Translations under genes and position numbers: made by a program
Origin: Barthelona sp. PAP020
Taxonomy: Eukaryota
Length of the DNA: 37,367 nt
Direction of reading: 5' to 3'
Assembly: GCA_040182905.1 (NCBI GenBank)
Contig: JARQWU010000076.1
Span: 1-37,367, forward strand
The notes under the pieces: generated by a model
Told to the model about the DNA's origin: nothing
Seen by the model: only the letters and a program-made list of their open reading frames with translations
Databases searched by the model: none
Shown: in pieces, positions 24,329 to 35,587 of the stretch
Layout: every line of letters begins with the position of its first letter
Numbering within the stretch: the first letter of the stretch is position 1

Positions 24329-26767
24329 TCAATCAATAACCAATTCAATTTTTTCATCTTCCACATTATGTGTAGAGGTGTGAGTATTTTCTTGTGTAGT
24401 TTCTGTATCACTGTCATATTCAGTATCACTGTTTCTATTGCTATTTAATATTACCATAACATCATCGTTAACGATGATATGACTATTTGTTTCAATATGT
24501 GAATTTCTATTGGTGTTCAGAAGGGTCTCATTCTGCTTACTTTCATTAAACATCAAAAAACTATTGTTCATATCAATAATACCATTAGACGGTTTACGCA
24601 AGACTATATTTGGGTTGGTACTTAGATGATGTAAAAATAGAGATAAGAAAGTCCCAAAATAACAACTATCCAAAAATAAATTATGTCCATAGCCTTTGAA
24701 AACGTTTGAAAACCAATTGGTTTGCTCCGAATTCCAACTAATGTTGACGGAAATTTCGATATGTTTAATTTGCTCATGAAATTTGTTAATTGCACGATTT
24801 ATCTCACGATAATCATGCAAACAACTTACATCAGTGTTTTCAGTGTCTAAATTATTAGAAGTAGAAAACGGTAACATTAATGAAGAGAAAGAAGGAACAA
24901 ACAAGTCATCAACAGAACTAATCAACACAAAACAATGTAAATTTTGAGCGAAAAACTCACCATACTGGAGTATTTGTAACAAATGATCTTCACACTGTAT
25001 TATTTCTTTTAATGCTTCGATTCTCAATATCATTGCTCCCAACGAAGTAGCAGATTTGATTAAAATGCTATTATCACTTGAACCATAAATACCACAAAAA
25101 GGAACAGCAATGGCTACGTAACCATAATAATACTTAAAAAACTTTTGTAATTTTGAATCTTTCAAACTCAGCAAAGCAATTATTCCTCCCATTGAATGAC
25201 CAATCCAAAAGATATGATGTAATTTGAACGGTAATGAGTCTAATTGCGTCTTAACAGTATTTATCACATCCTCCACTTGAGTTAAAACAGAAGCATGTGA
25301 GTCTAAGGCAGGTATAATAAATTCGGCATTGGGGAAAGAAATCGACAGAAAACTTCGAAGTTTCAACAGATCAGTAGGCGCACTTTGAAAACCATGACAC
25401 AAAATGATAATGTCTTTTCGTTTGTGACCGGTAGTAGAACCAATATTGTTGGTTTTTAGTGATAACTTTTTGGTCTCAAAATCAAAGGGAAATCGAGTGA
25501 TCAAAAAGAATGGATGCGAATGAGGCGTATTACTGTTATTGGCTTCAATTTCTTTATTAGAGTTATTGATCAATTGTGAAAGACAAAAAGGAAATGTATT
25601 TGAAGGAAAAAGACAGATTTTGCTAAATTCTTGAATTTCTCCAAAAATATTATGTTTTTGATGGTGTGAAAACACAGTTTCCAATATGTTTTCCCGTAAA
25701 TCATTGATTGAATACTGGAAAAGATCAATATTAGCCTTTAGCAAAGAAAAAATATGTGGCAGGGTCTTATAGAAATTACGTTTGATTAGATACTGTAATG
25801 AAGCAATATTACGCTTTTTACTAACCAGTAGTATTGTCAATTCACATAGATCAGCATATTTAAAAAAGTTATCCTCTAGCACTTGTAAATTGATAGTTTG
25901 TTCACGTATTTCACATCGTTCTGTTTCATACTTGAATTGTTGACCACAGATCAACCCATGTTCATTCTTGCTACTTCTCATTAATCTGTAGAATTCAATC
26001 ATGTTTTCGTAGCATTCAATGATCTCTTCATTTATATTCACATTCTTTGGATGAATCAGCAAATTACTAACTAATTCGGTTGTAATCTTGCCAACATTAT
26101 CAATACATTCACAAAAACTTTGAAAAGTATCCTCACTGATCATGTCCTTATGAAATAACATCATATTGATATCCTCCTTTTCATCAATTTCAATGTTGTT
26201 TCGTTTGAAATGATGATAAACGATGGGATCAGGCAAAATAATGGTTAAAAAATTCCCAATTCCTTCAAAAAATCCAACAAAATTTTGGATAAAAGGACAA
26301 CGAAATAATTGCATCTTTGGTTCACTGATATTTAGGTGAATCCTACTGCTAACAAAACTTTCAAATGATTCGATTGATATATCAGTATTTTCTGTCAAAT
26401 ATTCATCAGAAAAACATTTTTGATATAATATAATATCAAAACTAACTATGGGCACTTTATCTTTATAAAATGGTGCTTTAATAAGAAAATTTATTCCTAA
26501 ATTTCCTTGATTAAATATCTTTTGTCGATGACTTAAAATAAAAGGGTCAGAATAGAATGAATTATCAAATTCATCAAAAAATTTATTGTTTGGTAAATAT
26601 TTACCATTTAATATTGTATAATATGATGCTACTATCTTATCATCTTCATTATTAATCCGGTCATTAACAGGTTTAATCACATAACGACATAATTTTCTTG
26701 AAGGTCTTGATAGAACATATAATCTATCAATAAATAATGAAAAAAGACAACAATAACTAAGTTTCAT
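24329..26767 (-). CDS. FAM135/DUF676-like putative serine esterase or lipase
   Basis: Motifs IILCHGFQSAPTDL, nucleophile GHSMGG, VPFCG, SSVDDLFVP (Asp) and GYGHNLFLDS (His). The true start may be at 26856 across a homopolymer frameshift. Confidence 0.82.
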   Translation of the reverse strand: MKLSYCCLFSLFIDRLYVLSRPSRKLCRYVIKPVNDRINNEDDKIVASYYTILNGKYLPNNKFFDEFDNSFYSDPFILSHRQKIFNQGNLGINFLIKAPFYKDKVPIVSFDIILYQKCFSDEYLTENTDISIESFESFVSSRIHLNISEPKMQLFRCPFIQNFVGFFEGIGNFLTIILPDPIVYHHFKRNNIEIDEKEDINMMLFHKDMISEDTFQSFCECIDNVGKITTELVSNLLIHPKNVNINEEIIECYENMIEFYRLMRSSKNEHGLICGQQFKYETERCEIREQTINLQVLEDNFFKYADLCELTILLVSKKRNIASLQYLIKRNFYKTLPHIFSLLKANIDLFQYSINDLRENILETVFSHHQKHNIFGEIQEFSKICLFPSNTFPFCLSQLINNSNKEIEANNSNTPHSHPFFLITRFPFDFETKKLSLKTNNIGSTTGHKRKDIIILCHGFQSAPTDLLKLRSFLSISFPNAEFIIPALDSHASVLTQVEDVINTVKTQLDSLPFKLHHIFWIGHSMGGIIALLSLKDSKLQKFFKYYYGYVAIAVPFCGIYGSSDNSILIKSATSLGAMILRIEALKEIIQCEDHLLQILQYGEFFAQNLHCFVLISSVDDLFVPSFSSLMLPFSTSNNLDTENTDVSCLHDYREINRAINKFHEQIKHIEISVNISWNSEQTNWFSNVFKGYGHNLFLDSCYFGTFLSLFLHHLSTNPNIVLRKPSNGIIDMNNSFLMFNESKQNETLLNTNRNSHIETNSHIIVNDDVMVILNSNRNSDTEYDSDTETTQENTHTSTHNVEDEKIELVID

Positions 26768-27291
26768 TACATTATTAACATCAGTTACAGATTCATTAAA
26801 AAAAAAGAAAATTGTATAACATTATTTTCAGAAATTACTATTTTTTTTTCGTTCATGTTTACATGTGGTAAATGTTTTGATTTAAAAACTGAAATCGGAA
26901 ATTTATTAGTTGGGGAAATATGGGAATTAATTGTTGAAAAGATTTTTTTTTTTTAATTCTTTTGTTTCGATATTTTGCATGATAAAATATTTTTTGTTTA
27001 TTTCTGTTTTTTGATTTTATATTTTGGTAAGTCGAAAAGGAAAAAAAAAGTATTGAGCTAGATTTTGAGATGCTTTTTTGACCCCTAGAATTAATATCCA
27101 CAAAATGTGTTCTTTGTTTTGAATTTGTTAATTCATGATAATTCCTATGAAGGAAATCTTTTTGATGTGCCAAAAATTAAAAGAAAAACAAAAAAAAATT
27201 AATTTCTTGTACAATCATCATTTATAATTTAAAATTTTATAATTTCAATTTATACATTATAAAATTCATTTCTCACTTGTCTTTGAACGTT

Positions 27292-30200
27292 TTATAATTC
27301 ATTCAAGTTTAAAGATCTTGGAGAAGGAGAATTCAATTGATTTCTTTTTAAATGATCAACCATTTTATTCAAAGTATCACATTTTCTTTGTAAAACTTCG
27401 ATTCTTTTGTTCAATTTAGTATTTTCGTTCTTGATACTTGAAAAATCAGCATTTGCATGGCTTGGAGAATTCATGTTGAAAGTATTGAAAGACATTCCAG
27501 GAGATAAAGTTGGATTACCATTAAATGTGCTGGTCATTCCAAAATCATTAACTGAATTGTCTGTATTTCTTATATATCTTTGGGCAATTTTTAATTTTTC
27601 CAAATTTTCATTCAATTGGTTGTTTAATTCATCAATCTCAACTTTTTGAGCTTCAATTTTTTTCTCTTGATTTTCAATTTTTTTGTTGAATTCTTTATCT
27701 TTTTGAACGTTTTCATTTTGTAAAAGGTTGATTTTTTGAGTTAATTCTTGGGTTAATGCTACTTTTTGGTTTAAATTCATAGTATGATCCAAATCATGTT
27801 TTTCAATTTCAATTGCATGTAATTGTTCTAAACTATGAATTTCGTCTGATAATTGTTTAATATTTTGATCCTTTTCAAGCAATAATTGATTCAAACGCTT
27901 TTTTTCTGTTTCTTTTTCTTCTTCATATTGTAAAACAAAACTATTCAATTTCTTTTCATTTGAATTCTTTAATTCATTCAAATCAAGTTGCAATTCATTA
28001 ACTTTTTGTTTTAATCTTTGATTATTTGCTAACAAGTTTTCTTTTTCTTTATTGAAATCATTAGTAAGTTCATAATTTTCAGCATGTAATTTATTGATAA
28101 CAATATCTTTCTCTTTCATCTTAGCAATATTCTGTTGTAAAGCTAAATCATTTTGTTCTTTAATTTCAACAATATATTTATCAAATTTTTCTTTTTCTTG
28201 TTCTTCAATGACTTTAAGATATTTTGTTTGATCTCCATATTTCAGATTTAAAGTTTCAATTTCTTTTTCCTTTTCAATCAAATTCTTATTCAATTTTTCT
28301 TTTTCAATTTCAATTTCTTCTTCTTTTTTAATCAATATTTCTTCAAAATCTTTAATCTTTTCATTTTGTTCAGCACATCTAGCAAATAAATCTTCTTTGC
28401 TACGTTTAATATCCCAAATCTCATTCTTTAATTTCATTTCATCTGCTAAATGTTTAGTTTTTAAGAAATCTTCCAAATTTATTAAATTAGCTTCTTTTTC
28501 ACTTAAATTTCGTTTCAATTGTTTCTTTTCTTCTCTTTCAACTTCAAATTTATGTTTTAATAATTCAAATTCTTGAGTTACATTCAACTTTTCTATTTTT
28601 AATTTTTCATATTGTTCTTTCAAATTCGTCTTTTCAATATTCATCGAATTTTCCAACAATTTCTTTGAATTATCACTTTCTTTTATTCTATCTATCAATT
28701 TATTGCTGTTTTCAATTAAATTTTCATTCTTCATTTTTAAATTACTATTTTCTTGTTCTAATTCTTTGATTAAATTCTCTTTGCTCTTAATAGCATCAGT
28801 AAAACCAATAATTTCTTCTTCATGATCCTTTTCAAATCTATTGAATAAATTCTTTTTCTCTTCAATAATACGATTATTTGTGGTTTCTAAAAATTCAATC
28901 TTTTTCATGTAACCATTATTTTGATCAACTATTTGAATAAGTTCTTGTTCTTTATCTTCTATATTTTTTTTTTGTATCTCAATAATTTCATCAAAGTTCT
29001 GATTATTTGTTTCTATTTCATTGATATGATTCGTTAATTCATTGATTTCTTTAATATAATCATCTTTCATTAAATAAAATTCTCTCTGAATATTTTCATT
29101 TTCTATTTTTATAGTGTTATAAAGTCTTTCTATTTGTTCAATATATTCTTTTGAATTCTTTAATTCTTCAGTCATTTCATAACTATATTGAGCAAATTTT
29201 TCGTAAAATGCTTTTGAATTCTCTTTTAATTCACTTAATTCTATGGTTAATTCTTCATTATTCTTATTGCTATCATCTAAATCCTTAGTTAAATTTAAAA
29301 TTGTTTCATTCAAATTTTTATTTTCGAATTCAAATTTCAAAAAATCTTCTTCTTTTTCTTTAACAAATCTTTCAATATCTTTAGCAAATGTTTCTTTTTC
29401 TAATAAAATTTCATTTTCTAATGATATAATTTTTGTTTCATAATTTTTACAAAGCTCATTCAATTCATTGATTTGTTTATTAGCACTATTTATATCTAAT
29501 GTAAGATTTTTATTCTCTCTGGTGTAATTATCAATCATCAATTCTTTCTCTTCTCTCAAATCTTTTAATTCTATCAATAATTCATCAATCTTCGATAAAT
29601 TCATTGTCTTTTCATTCTTTAAATCACTCTCCTTTAAAGCATATTCTTTAATCTGACAATTTAAATCCTCAATCTCATCATTCTTTTCTTTTCTTTCCTT
29701 TTCTGAACTCCTTTTCAATTCAATAATACTTTCATTACGTTCTTCCAATTTAATAATCATATTTTCTTTTTCAATCTTCAATTCATAATTTATTTCATTC
29801 AACTCTTTGTTCTTTTCAATCAAATCAAGATTTATTTTTTCCCAATCAGTCCTCCATTTCTCTTGATTATCATTCAATGTATGAATTTCTACTCTTAAAT
29901 TGTCATTTTCATCTTCAAAAGCTTTATTCTTCATATCCAACTCAACAATCATTTCATCCTTCTTTTGTAATTTTGTGATTAAGGTTTCTTTATCCTTTAT
30001 TAAGTCTTCAATATTCAAATTCAAAGTATCCTTTTCATTATTCCATTCATTCTTCATCATTTCATGAGATTCAACAAATTCTTCATGTTTTGAAGTAACA
30101 CTATTCAAATTGTATTCTAATAGCTCAATTTTTTTTCTTAAATCTCTTTCCATTGTGATAGATCCTGCTGTTTTACTTTCAGCTTCTTGTAATTTCCTTT

Positions 30201-31365
30201 GTAAATCAAAAATTGCTTTTTGTTTCTTATTTTCTCGAATTTCTGCTTGTTCTTCATTCATTTGAATATTTTCTTCCAAAATAGTACATTTTTCTCGATA
30301 ATCTTTTATTTCCATCTCTAAATTATTGTTCATTCTACACATACTTTTTAATTCCTTTTCAAATTCTTTGATATTTTCATTCAAGCCTGAAATTAAGATA
30401 TCTTTCTCTTTAGCAAATTCTTGTTGATCTAATTTCATCGTTTCATATTCATTCAAAAGGGAATCATGTTTATCGGCTAAATCTTTATACTTTTCAACCA
30501 ATTCTTCATAAATGTATTTTGTTTCACGACATTCACTTTCTTTCTCTTCAATTAAGGTCTTATAACGTTGTTTCTCTTCATTCTTTGTATTTAATAACAT
30601 ATTATATCGTTTTGTTAATAAAGTAACTTTTTCTTTAAAAGTGACAACCATTTTTTCAACCTTTTCATTTAAACCAGTAATTTCATTATTCTTTTGCATT
30701 ATTTCAAAATCTAATTCTTGACATTTGTTATCTAAGATATCTTTATCATTGGTTAATTCAGTAATTAAGTTATCACGATAATCAATTTGTTGAGTGGTAT
30801 CTATTTGCAAATTTTCAAACTCCTTTTGTAATTGTTCAATAATTCGTTGATTAGCAAAATCTTCAGTGTCATGCTCATTTTCTAAATTCTCAAAATTTTG
30901 TTTCAATTCTTCAATTTCTTTTTCTTGCAATGAATGATTTTTTTTTAATTTTTCATTTTCTTCTTTTAAACTTTTAATTTGTTTGTTCAAATTATCAATA
31001 TTAAATTTATTTTCATCAGTTTGTTGTAATATAATACTCTCTTTTGAAAAAAGTTGAGAATTAATACTTTCAATCTCTTGTTCTAAATTCTTTTTTTCTT
31101 TAATCAAAGTGTTATTTTCAACTTCTTTTAATTGAATACTCTTTTTTAACTCAAAAATCATTTTTTCTTTCTCTTTCATCTGTATATTATGATTATCTTT
31201 TAAATTTTTAGTTTCTTCATTATTTTGTTGAATTTCAACACGTAATTCTTTGATATTTTTTTGTAAATCCAGAACATTTTTGGATTTTTCTTCATTCTCT
31301 TCATTTAATCGAGTCACAAGAATCTTAAGTTTTGTAACACTTTCTCGATCATTATCAATTGACAT
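27292..31365 (-). CDS. Large coiled-coil protein (1357 aa)
   Basis: Uninterrupted E/K/N/L-rich heptad sequence with an S/P-rich C-terminal tail. No family recognised. Confidence 0.8.
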   Translation of the reverse strand: MSIDNDRESVTKLKILVTRLNEENEEKSKNVLDLQKNIKELRVEIQQNNEETKNLKDNHNIQMKEKEKMIFELKKSIQLKEVENNTLIKEKKNLEQEIESINSQLFSKESIILQQTDENKFNIDNLNKQIKSLKEENEKLKKNHSLQEKEIEELKQNFENLENEHDTEDFANQRIIEQLQKEFENLQIDTTQQIDYRDNLITELTNDKDILDNKCQELDFEIMQKNNEITGLNEKVEKMVVTFKEKVTLLTKRYNMLLNTKNEEKQRYKTLIEEKESECRETKYIYEELVEKYKDLADKHDSLLNEYETMKLDQQEFAKEKDILISGLNENIKEFEKELKSMCRMNNNLEMEIKDYREKCTILEENIQMNEEQAEIRENKKQKAIFDLQRKLQEAESKTAGSITMERDLRKKIELLEYNLNSVTSKHEEFVESHEMMKNEWNNEKDTLNLNIEDLIKDKETLITKLQKKDEMIVELDMKNKAFEDENDNLRVEIHTLNDNQEKWRTDWEKINLDLIEKNKELNEINYELKIEKENMIIKLEERNESIIELKRSSEKERKEKNDEIEDLNCQIKEYALKESDLKNEKTMNLSKIDELLIELKDLREEKELMIDNYTRENKNLTLDINSANKQINELNELCKNYETKIISLENEILLEKETFAKDIERFVKEKEEDFLKFEFENKNLNETILNLTKDLDDSNKNNEELTIELSELKENSKAFYEKFAQYSYEMTEELKNSKEYIEQIERLYNTIKIENENIQREFYLMKDDYIKEINELTNHINEIETNNQNFDEIIEIQKKNIEDKEQELIQIVDQNNGYMKKIEFLETTNNRIIEEKKNLFNRFEKDHEEEIIGFTDAIKSKENLIKELEQENSNLKMKNENLIENSNKLIDRIKESDNSKKLLENSMNIEKTNLKEQYEKLKIEKLNVTQEFELLKHKFEVEREEKKQLKRNLSEKEANLINLEDFLKTKHLADEMKLKNEIWDIKRSKEDLFARCAEQNEKIKDFEEILIKKEEEIEIEKEKLNKNLIEKEKEIETLNLKYGDQTKYLKVIEEQEKEKFDKYIVEIKEQNDLALQQNIAKMKEKDIVINKLHAENYELTNDFNKEKENLLANNQRLKQKVNELQLDLNELKNSNEKKLNSFVLQYEEEKETEKKRLNQLLLEKDQNIKQLSDEIHSLEQLHAIEIEKHDLDHTMNLNQKVALTQELTQKINLLQNENVQKDKEFNKKIENQEKKIEAQKVEIDELNNQLNENLEKLKIAQRYIRNTDNSVNDFGMTSTFNGNPTLSPGMSFNTFNMNSPSHANADFSSIKNENTKLNKRIEVLQRKCDTLNKMVDHLKRNQLNSPSPRSLNLNEL

Positions 31366-31728
31366 GTTATTGGTTTAATTTTAATTTCAAAAACAAAGAT
31401 TCAATTGCCTTTTTTTTTTTTGGATAAACTTTTTATTTTTGATTTTTTTTTCTCATTATTAATCGCTATTATTCTTCATTCATTAATTTTTATCTTATAT
31501 TTATTCAACAAAAAACAAATGATGGTCAACTAAAATTGAAAATTAAGAATTTTTTTTTGAACAATTTTTTCTTTCAATCAAATATCTTGTTAATTATAAA
31601 TTCAATATAAATTAAATTGGGAAATAACTTTAAAAAATCTCAAATTTGAAATATTAAGACTATTTGGAGAAAAAAGAATTTCTTTGATCCACATTAAATC
31701 CATTTTTTTGGTTTTTTTAATTCACAAA

Positions 31729-32769
31729 ATGAGATATTTCAGTTTACTACTTGTTAGTTTAATTGTTTTAAACTTTGTATTTGCATTGGATTGTCCCAAA
31801 GCTCCTTCTTTCCCAGGAGATCGTAGATCTCAACATTCTCGTTTACGTGTTGCTCAATTTAACGTTCAATTTTTATTCGATGGAAAGGGAGTACATTCTT
31901 TCAAGTGTCCAGGACAATGTGATTGGACCAGTCAAGCTGAAGCCCAGAAACATATCTCAGCTGTTGCTAAAACTATTGAAACCTTTGATGCTGATATCAT
32001 TCATTTAGCTGAAGTTGAAGATTGTTCTGTTTTAAGTTCTGTATTATCTCAAATGTCCAATGGAGATCAATATCGTCCTTATTTAATTCAAGGTAGTGAC
32101 ACTTATTTGGGACAAAACGTTGCTTTATTAACTCGTATTGATCCTGTCAAGGACTTAGATCGTGTTAGTGATCAAGGAACTTATCCTCTTTCTGGTTCTA
32201 AATGTGGTTGGACTAAGTCTGGAGGAACTACTTTATCAAAGAATTTATTGGCTGCTTTTGAAATTCCTCATCCTTCTGGTTCATTTACTTTAGATCTTGC
32301 TGGTGTTCATTTTATTGCTCATCCTGATGATAAGAAAAATTGTGCCAAGAGAGAAGCTCAATCACTTTTGTTGGGTCGTGCTGTTTCTCGTACTTTTAAG
32401 AGTGATTATGCTGTCATTCTTGGAGATTTTAATGATTATGATGATGCCATTCCTGACTCTTTAGGAATGACTTCTATTGGTCAAACCAGCAAGATTTTGA
32501 AGGATCTTGGATTTAGTGCTGCTATGGCTAAGGTTGAACAGTCTGAACGTTGGTCTTCATTCTGGAACAGAAATCATGATGGAAAGGATTGTGGATTTAA
32601 CTGTCATTCTCAAATTGATCACATTTTGTATAAGAAAAATATGGAAACTGCTGTTCAAAAAGTTTTTTATGACCACAATCATGCTGCTGGAAGAGGTACT
32701 TATGTTAGTGATCATTGGGCCGTTTTGATTGATTTTGACGCAGATAAGTTATCCCAAATGGCAAACTAA
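31729..32769 (+). CDS. Secreted endonuclease/exonuclease/phosphatase (EEP, DNase I-like) family protein
   Basis: First ATG at 31729 gives a signal peptide MRYFSLLLVSLIVLNFVFA. EEP motifs are QFNV, LAEVED, GVHF, LGDFND, QIDHIL and VSDH. Confidence 0.88.
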   Translation: MRYFSLLLVSLIVLNFVFALDCPKAPSFPGDRRSQHSRLRVAQFNVQFLFDGKGVHSFKCPGQCDWTSQAEAQKHISAVAKTIETFDADIIHLAEVEDCSVLSSVLSQMSNGDQYRPYLIQGSDTYLGQNVALLTRIDPVKDLDRVSDQGTYPLSGSKCGWTKSGGTTLSKNLLAAFEIPHPSGSFTLDLAGVHFIAHPDDKKNCAKREAQSLLLGRAVSRTFKSDYAVILGDFNDYDDAIPDSLGMTSIGQTSKILKDLGFSAAMAKVEQSERWSSFWNRNHDGKDCGFNCHSQIDHILYKKNMETAVQKVFYDHNHAAGRGTYVSDHWAVLIDFDADKLSQMAN

Positions 32770-32946
32770 TTTTGTAAATAATTTTCAATTTTTTATTTGA
32801 AGAATTGAATTTCAAACTGGTATAAAATGGAAGAATTGAAGTTCAATTTTTCTTTTTCCTTTGGTTTTGTCAAAAAATTGTAAAAAAGAAAAATAAAGAA
32901 AAATACATTTACACAACATTGAAAATTGAAACTGAAAATATTCTCT

Positions 32947-34575
32947 TTAATTTAAAATGTTCTTAATTTGAATAAATTTCTGTTTCAATTCCTGATTTTC
33001 CTTGGTCAATGCTTCAATGGTAGCTTTTAATCTATTAATCTCTTCAGAACTGTCATTGACTGCTTTTTCCTTTCTTTCATCTTCTTTCAATTGCATATCA
33101 ACTGCTTCAGAAATTTCAGGCTCAACATTTTCAACTTTGGTCTCTTCATGAGCAGCAATTTCTTCAACTTTGGTTGTCAATGTCTTTTTAGCAGTTTCAG
33201 GTTGATTATCACGCTTAGTTTGCTGTTGAGCATATCTATTCTTCATTTCCTCCAATTTGGAACCTGAAAATTCTTCTTCTTCCTTTGCTTCCTCTTTAGG
33301 TTCTTCAACAACTTCTTGTTTAGATGCTTTTACAGGAACTACTTCAGCTTCAGGTTGTTCAACAATTTCTACTGTTGGGGCTTTACCATCCTTTGTAACA
33401 ATTTCACCTGTGAGAATATTCTTACGAACTAATTCAGGAACTTTTCCAGCAACAAACTCTTCAGCAGAAGCTCCAGGAACAGCAGCAAATGTATTAGGAA
33501 ATAAGGCAGGATCTGCAATGTCAGTTCTTCTGGGAATATAGAAATGGACTGCAATAACTTCCTTGTCTGCCACAGCATAAATACGATCAACTTCGTTCTT
33601 ATTATGATCAACAGAAGATTTAGGTGCAAGATCAAAACCATAAAGTCCAAAGGACACAGAATGATTGTTCATTTTGTAAAATCCAGGATCATTGGGAATA
33701 AGCTCATAAGCTCTAATCATACCTGAAGATCTAACCATAGCATAAGCAATTGCTAAATCTTGATCAATTAATAAGACAGGACGTCCTTCGGAGGCACCCA
33801 CTTCAATTTTACATGTTTGCTCCAAGGTAGAGGCGTTATAAAAGATTAATTCAGCACGATTTCTCTTTGAAGATGCACCAAAAATTGCAAAGGTTTCAAG
33901 AAGATTGACATAGCCAACTGAAACATTACGAGTACTGAATGTAGTTTCCATTGTACCAAGGATAGCATTTTCAAGAACATTCCAAGCAGCAATGAAAGAT
34001 GATCTTTCAAATTGATAAACAGCATAGATAACATTACCAGCTTCATTCCAAGCAAGATCTGAAACAGTACCATCCAGCTCAGTTTCAACAACATATTCAA
34101 ATTCAGGGTTGAAAGAAGTAACAACAAGTTTATTACCAATATGAACAGCAACAATATCACTTACAGCAGGATTAAATTTGACACAACGTGCGTTAACACC
34201 GTGTGTGGAGAAAACAAATGCAGGTTCTCTGCAAACATCATCCAATTCACCAACATTAGCTGGAATATTCCAAAAACAGACATCCCCATTCTCACAAGCA
34301 ATAGCTAAACGATTTTCGTTAAATGGATCCCAAGCTACAAAATTGATCTTTCCACCATATTCAACATAATAACATTGACGACCAACACGAATTCCTTCTT
34401 GACGATCAAAAATACCAACTTTAGATGCTGTTCTGTCAATATATGCAATATACTTGGTATTAACAACCATTGACGTCATAACACTAGAATCAGTTGGTCT
34501 AACATCTGTTATATTTTCTTTTTTTTCAAACTTAGTAAGATTGTTGCGGTACAAAGAACGTGTACGTGGTTCCAT
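32947..34575 (-). CDS. Coronin (WD40 actin-binding protein)
   Basis: Likely start MEPRTRSLYRN at 34575 (coronin RxSKYR-type N-terminus). Has WDPFNENRLAIACENGDVCFWNIP, FYIPRRTD..ALFPNT and a C-terminal coiled coil. Confidence 0.88.
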   Translation of the reverse strand: MEPRTRSLYRNNLTKFEKKENITDVRPTDSSVMTSMVVNTKYIAYIDRTASKVGIFDRQEGIRVGRQCYYVEYGGKINFVAWDPFNENRLAIACENGDVCFWNIPANVGELDDVCREPAFVFSTHGVNARCVKFNPAVSDIVAVHIGNKLVVTSFNPEFEYVVETELDGTVSDLAWNEAGNVIYAVYQFERSSFIAAWNVLENAILGTMETTFSTRNVSVGYVNLLETFAIFGASSKRNRAELIFYNASTLEQTCKIEVGASEGRPVLLIDQDLAIAYAMVRSSGMIRAYELIPNDPGFYKMNNHSVSFGLYGFDLAPKSSVDHNKNEVDRIYAVADKEVIAVHFYIPRRTDIADPALFPNTFAAVPGASAEEFVAGKVPELVRKNILTGEIVTKDGKAPTVEIVEQPEAEVVPVKASKQEVVEEPKEEAKEEEEFSGSKLEEMKNRYAQQQTKRDNQPETAKKTLTTKVEEIAAHEETKVENVEPEISEAVDMQLKEDERKEKAVNDSSEEINRLKATIEALTKENQELKQKFIQIKNILN

Positions 34576-34828
34576 TGGAAAAATGATACAAAAAAAATCA
34601 AAATACTCACTTTTCAAAGAATGACCTTCAGATTGAATGAAAGTCATCTTTTTTTTTTATATTTTTTGACACAGAATATGCTCTTTATGCTGTTGTATAT
34701 TTGAATTGTTTTCTTTCAAGTAAAAATTTCATTTTTTTCAATTGTATTTGATTTCACCATTTGTACAATAGACTTTATGCATAATACAAGAAAAAGAAAA
34801 ACAACAATACATTTGTTAAAATTTATTT

Positions 34829-35419
34829 CTATTCACGAGGGATGGCTTTACGAAGGGAATCAACCCAAGATTCCAATTCTTCTCTGGTATCAGTATACAT
34901 ATAATAAGTTTTTTGTCCAGGTGCGGTTAGCACAATGCAATTTGTGTCAGCAGATAGACCGAGTTCACCTTTTAAATGAATATCACATTCATAGACTTCA
35001 CTTTCACAGCCTAAAACAATGGTGCCTCTGGGCTTTTTTTCTGAAGGATGTGAAAAGTACCTTAAAATGCTGTCACGAAGAACAAAATATCTCTTTTTCC
35101 AATTTCTAATAAAATGACCTTGCTTTGTCATATATCCATTTCTACGTATTGCCGAAGGTTCAATTATTTCCGCAACAACATGAGCGTTATTTGAATCTGA
35201 AGATATATCGGACAAATAATTATAAGGACAATATCCAACCTTTTCAGAATCTTCTAAACGACATTTCCACATACCAGAAGGATGTTTTTCTAAAACACAT
35301 ATAATATCACCAGTATTAAAAGATAACTCATTTGGAACACGAGCAGAAAAATCAAACATGGCCTGCATACGAATCACATTAGAAGATGTATCTTTTGTCA
35401 TATTCTTTGTTTCAGTCAT
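34829..35419 (-). CDS. SH3 + PH domain protein
   Basis: SH3: AMFDFSARVPNELSFNTGDII..GMW..GYCPYNYL. PH: GYMTKQGHFIRNWKKRYFVL..ELESWVDSL. First ATG at 35419. Confidence 0.9.
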   Translation of the reverse strand: MTETKNMTKDTSSNVIRMQAMFDFSARVPNELSFNTGDIICVLEKHPSGMWKCRLEDSEKVGYCPYNYLSDISSDSNNAHVVAEIIEPSAIRRNGYMTKQGHFIRNWKKRYFVLRDSILRYFSHPSEKKPRGTIVLGCESEVYECDIHLKGELGLSADTNCIVLTAPGQKTYYMYTDTREELESWVDSLRKAIPRE

Positions 35420-35587
35420 AAATAAAACTAACAAAAAAAAATTCAACAAATTTTTTTTGTTTGTTATTATTTTTTTTAAGTTTTTAGTTTTTCGTTGAGA
35501 TATATAATATAAAAATATTCTAATTCAAGAATTATTATTATTTTTTTTGTGAATAATAATATTTCTTTTTTTAATTTTCCTTCGAAT

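Noticed and set aside
26859..27173. 104-aa minus-strand ORF
   Set aside because: TTG start and K/F/N-rich translation of A/T tracts; probably intergenic.
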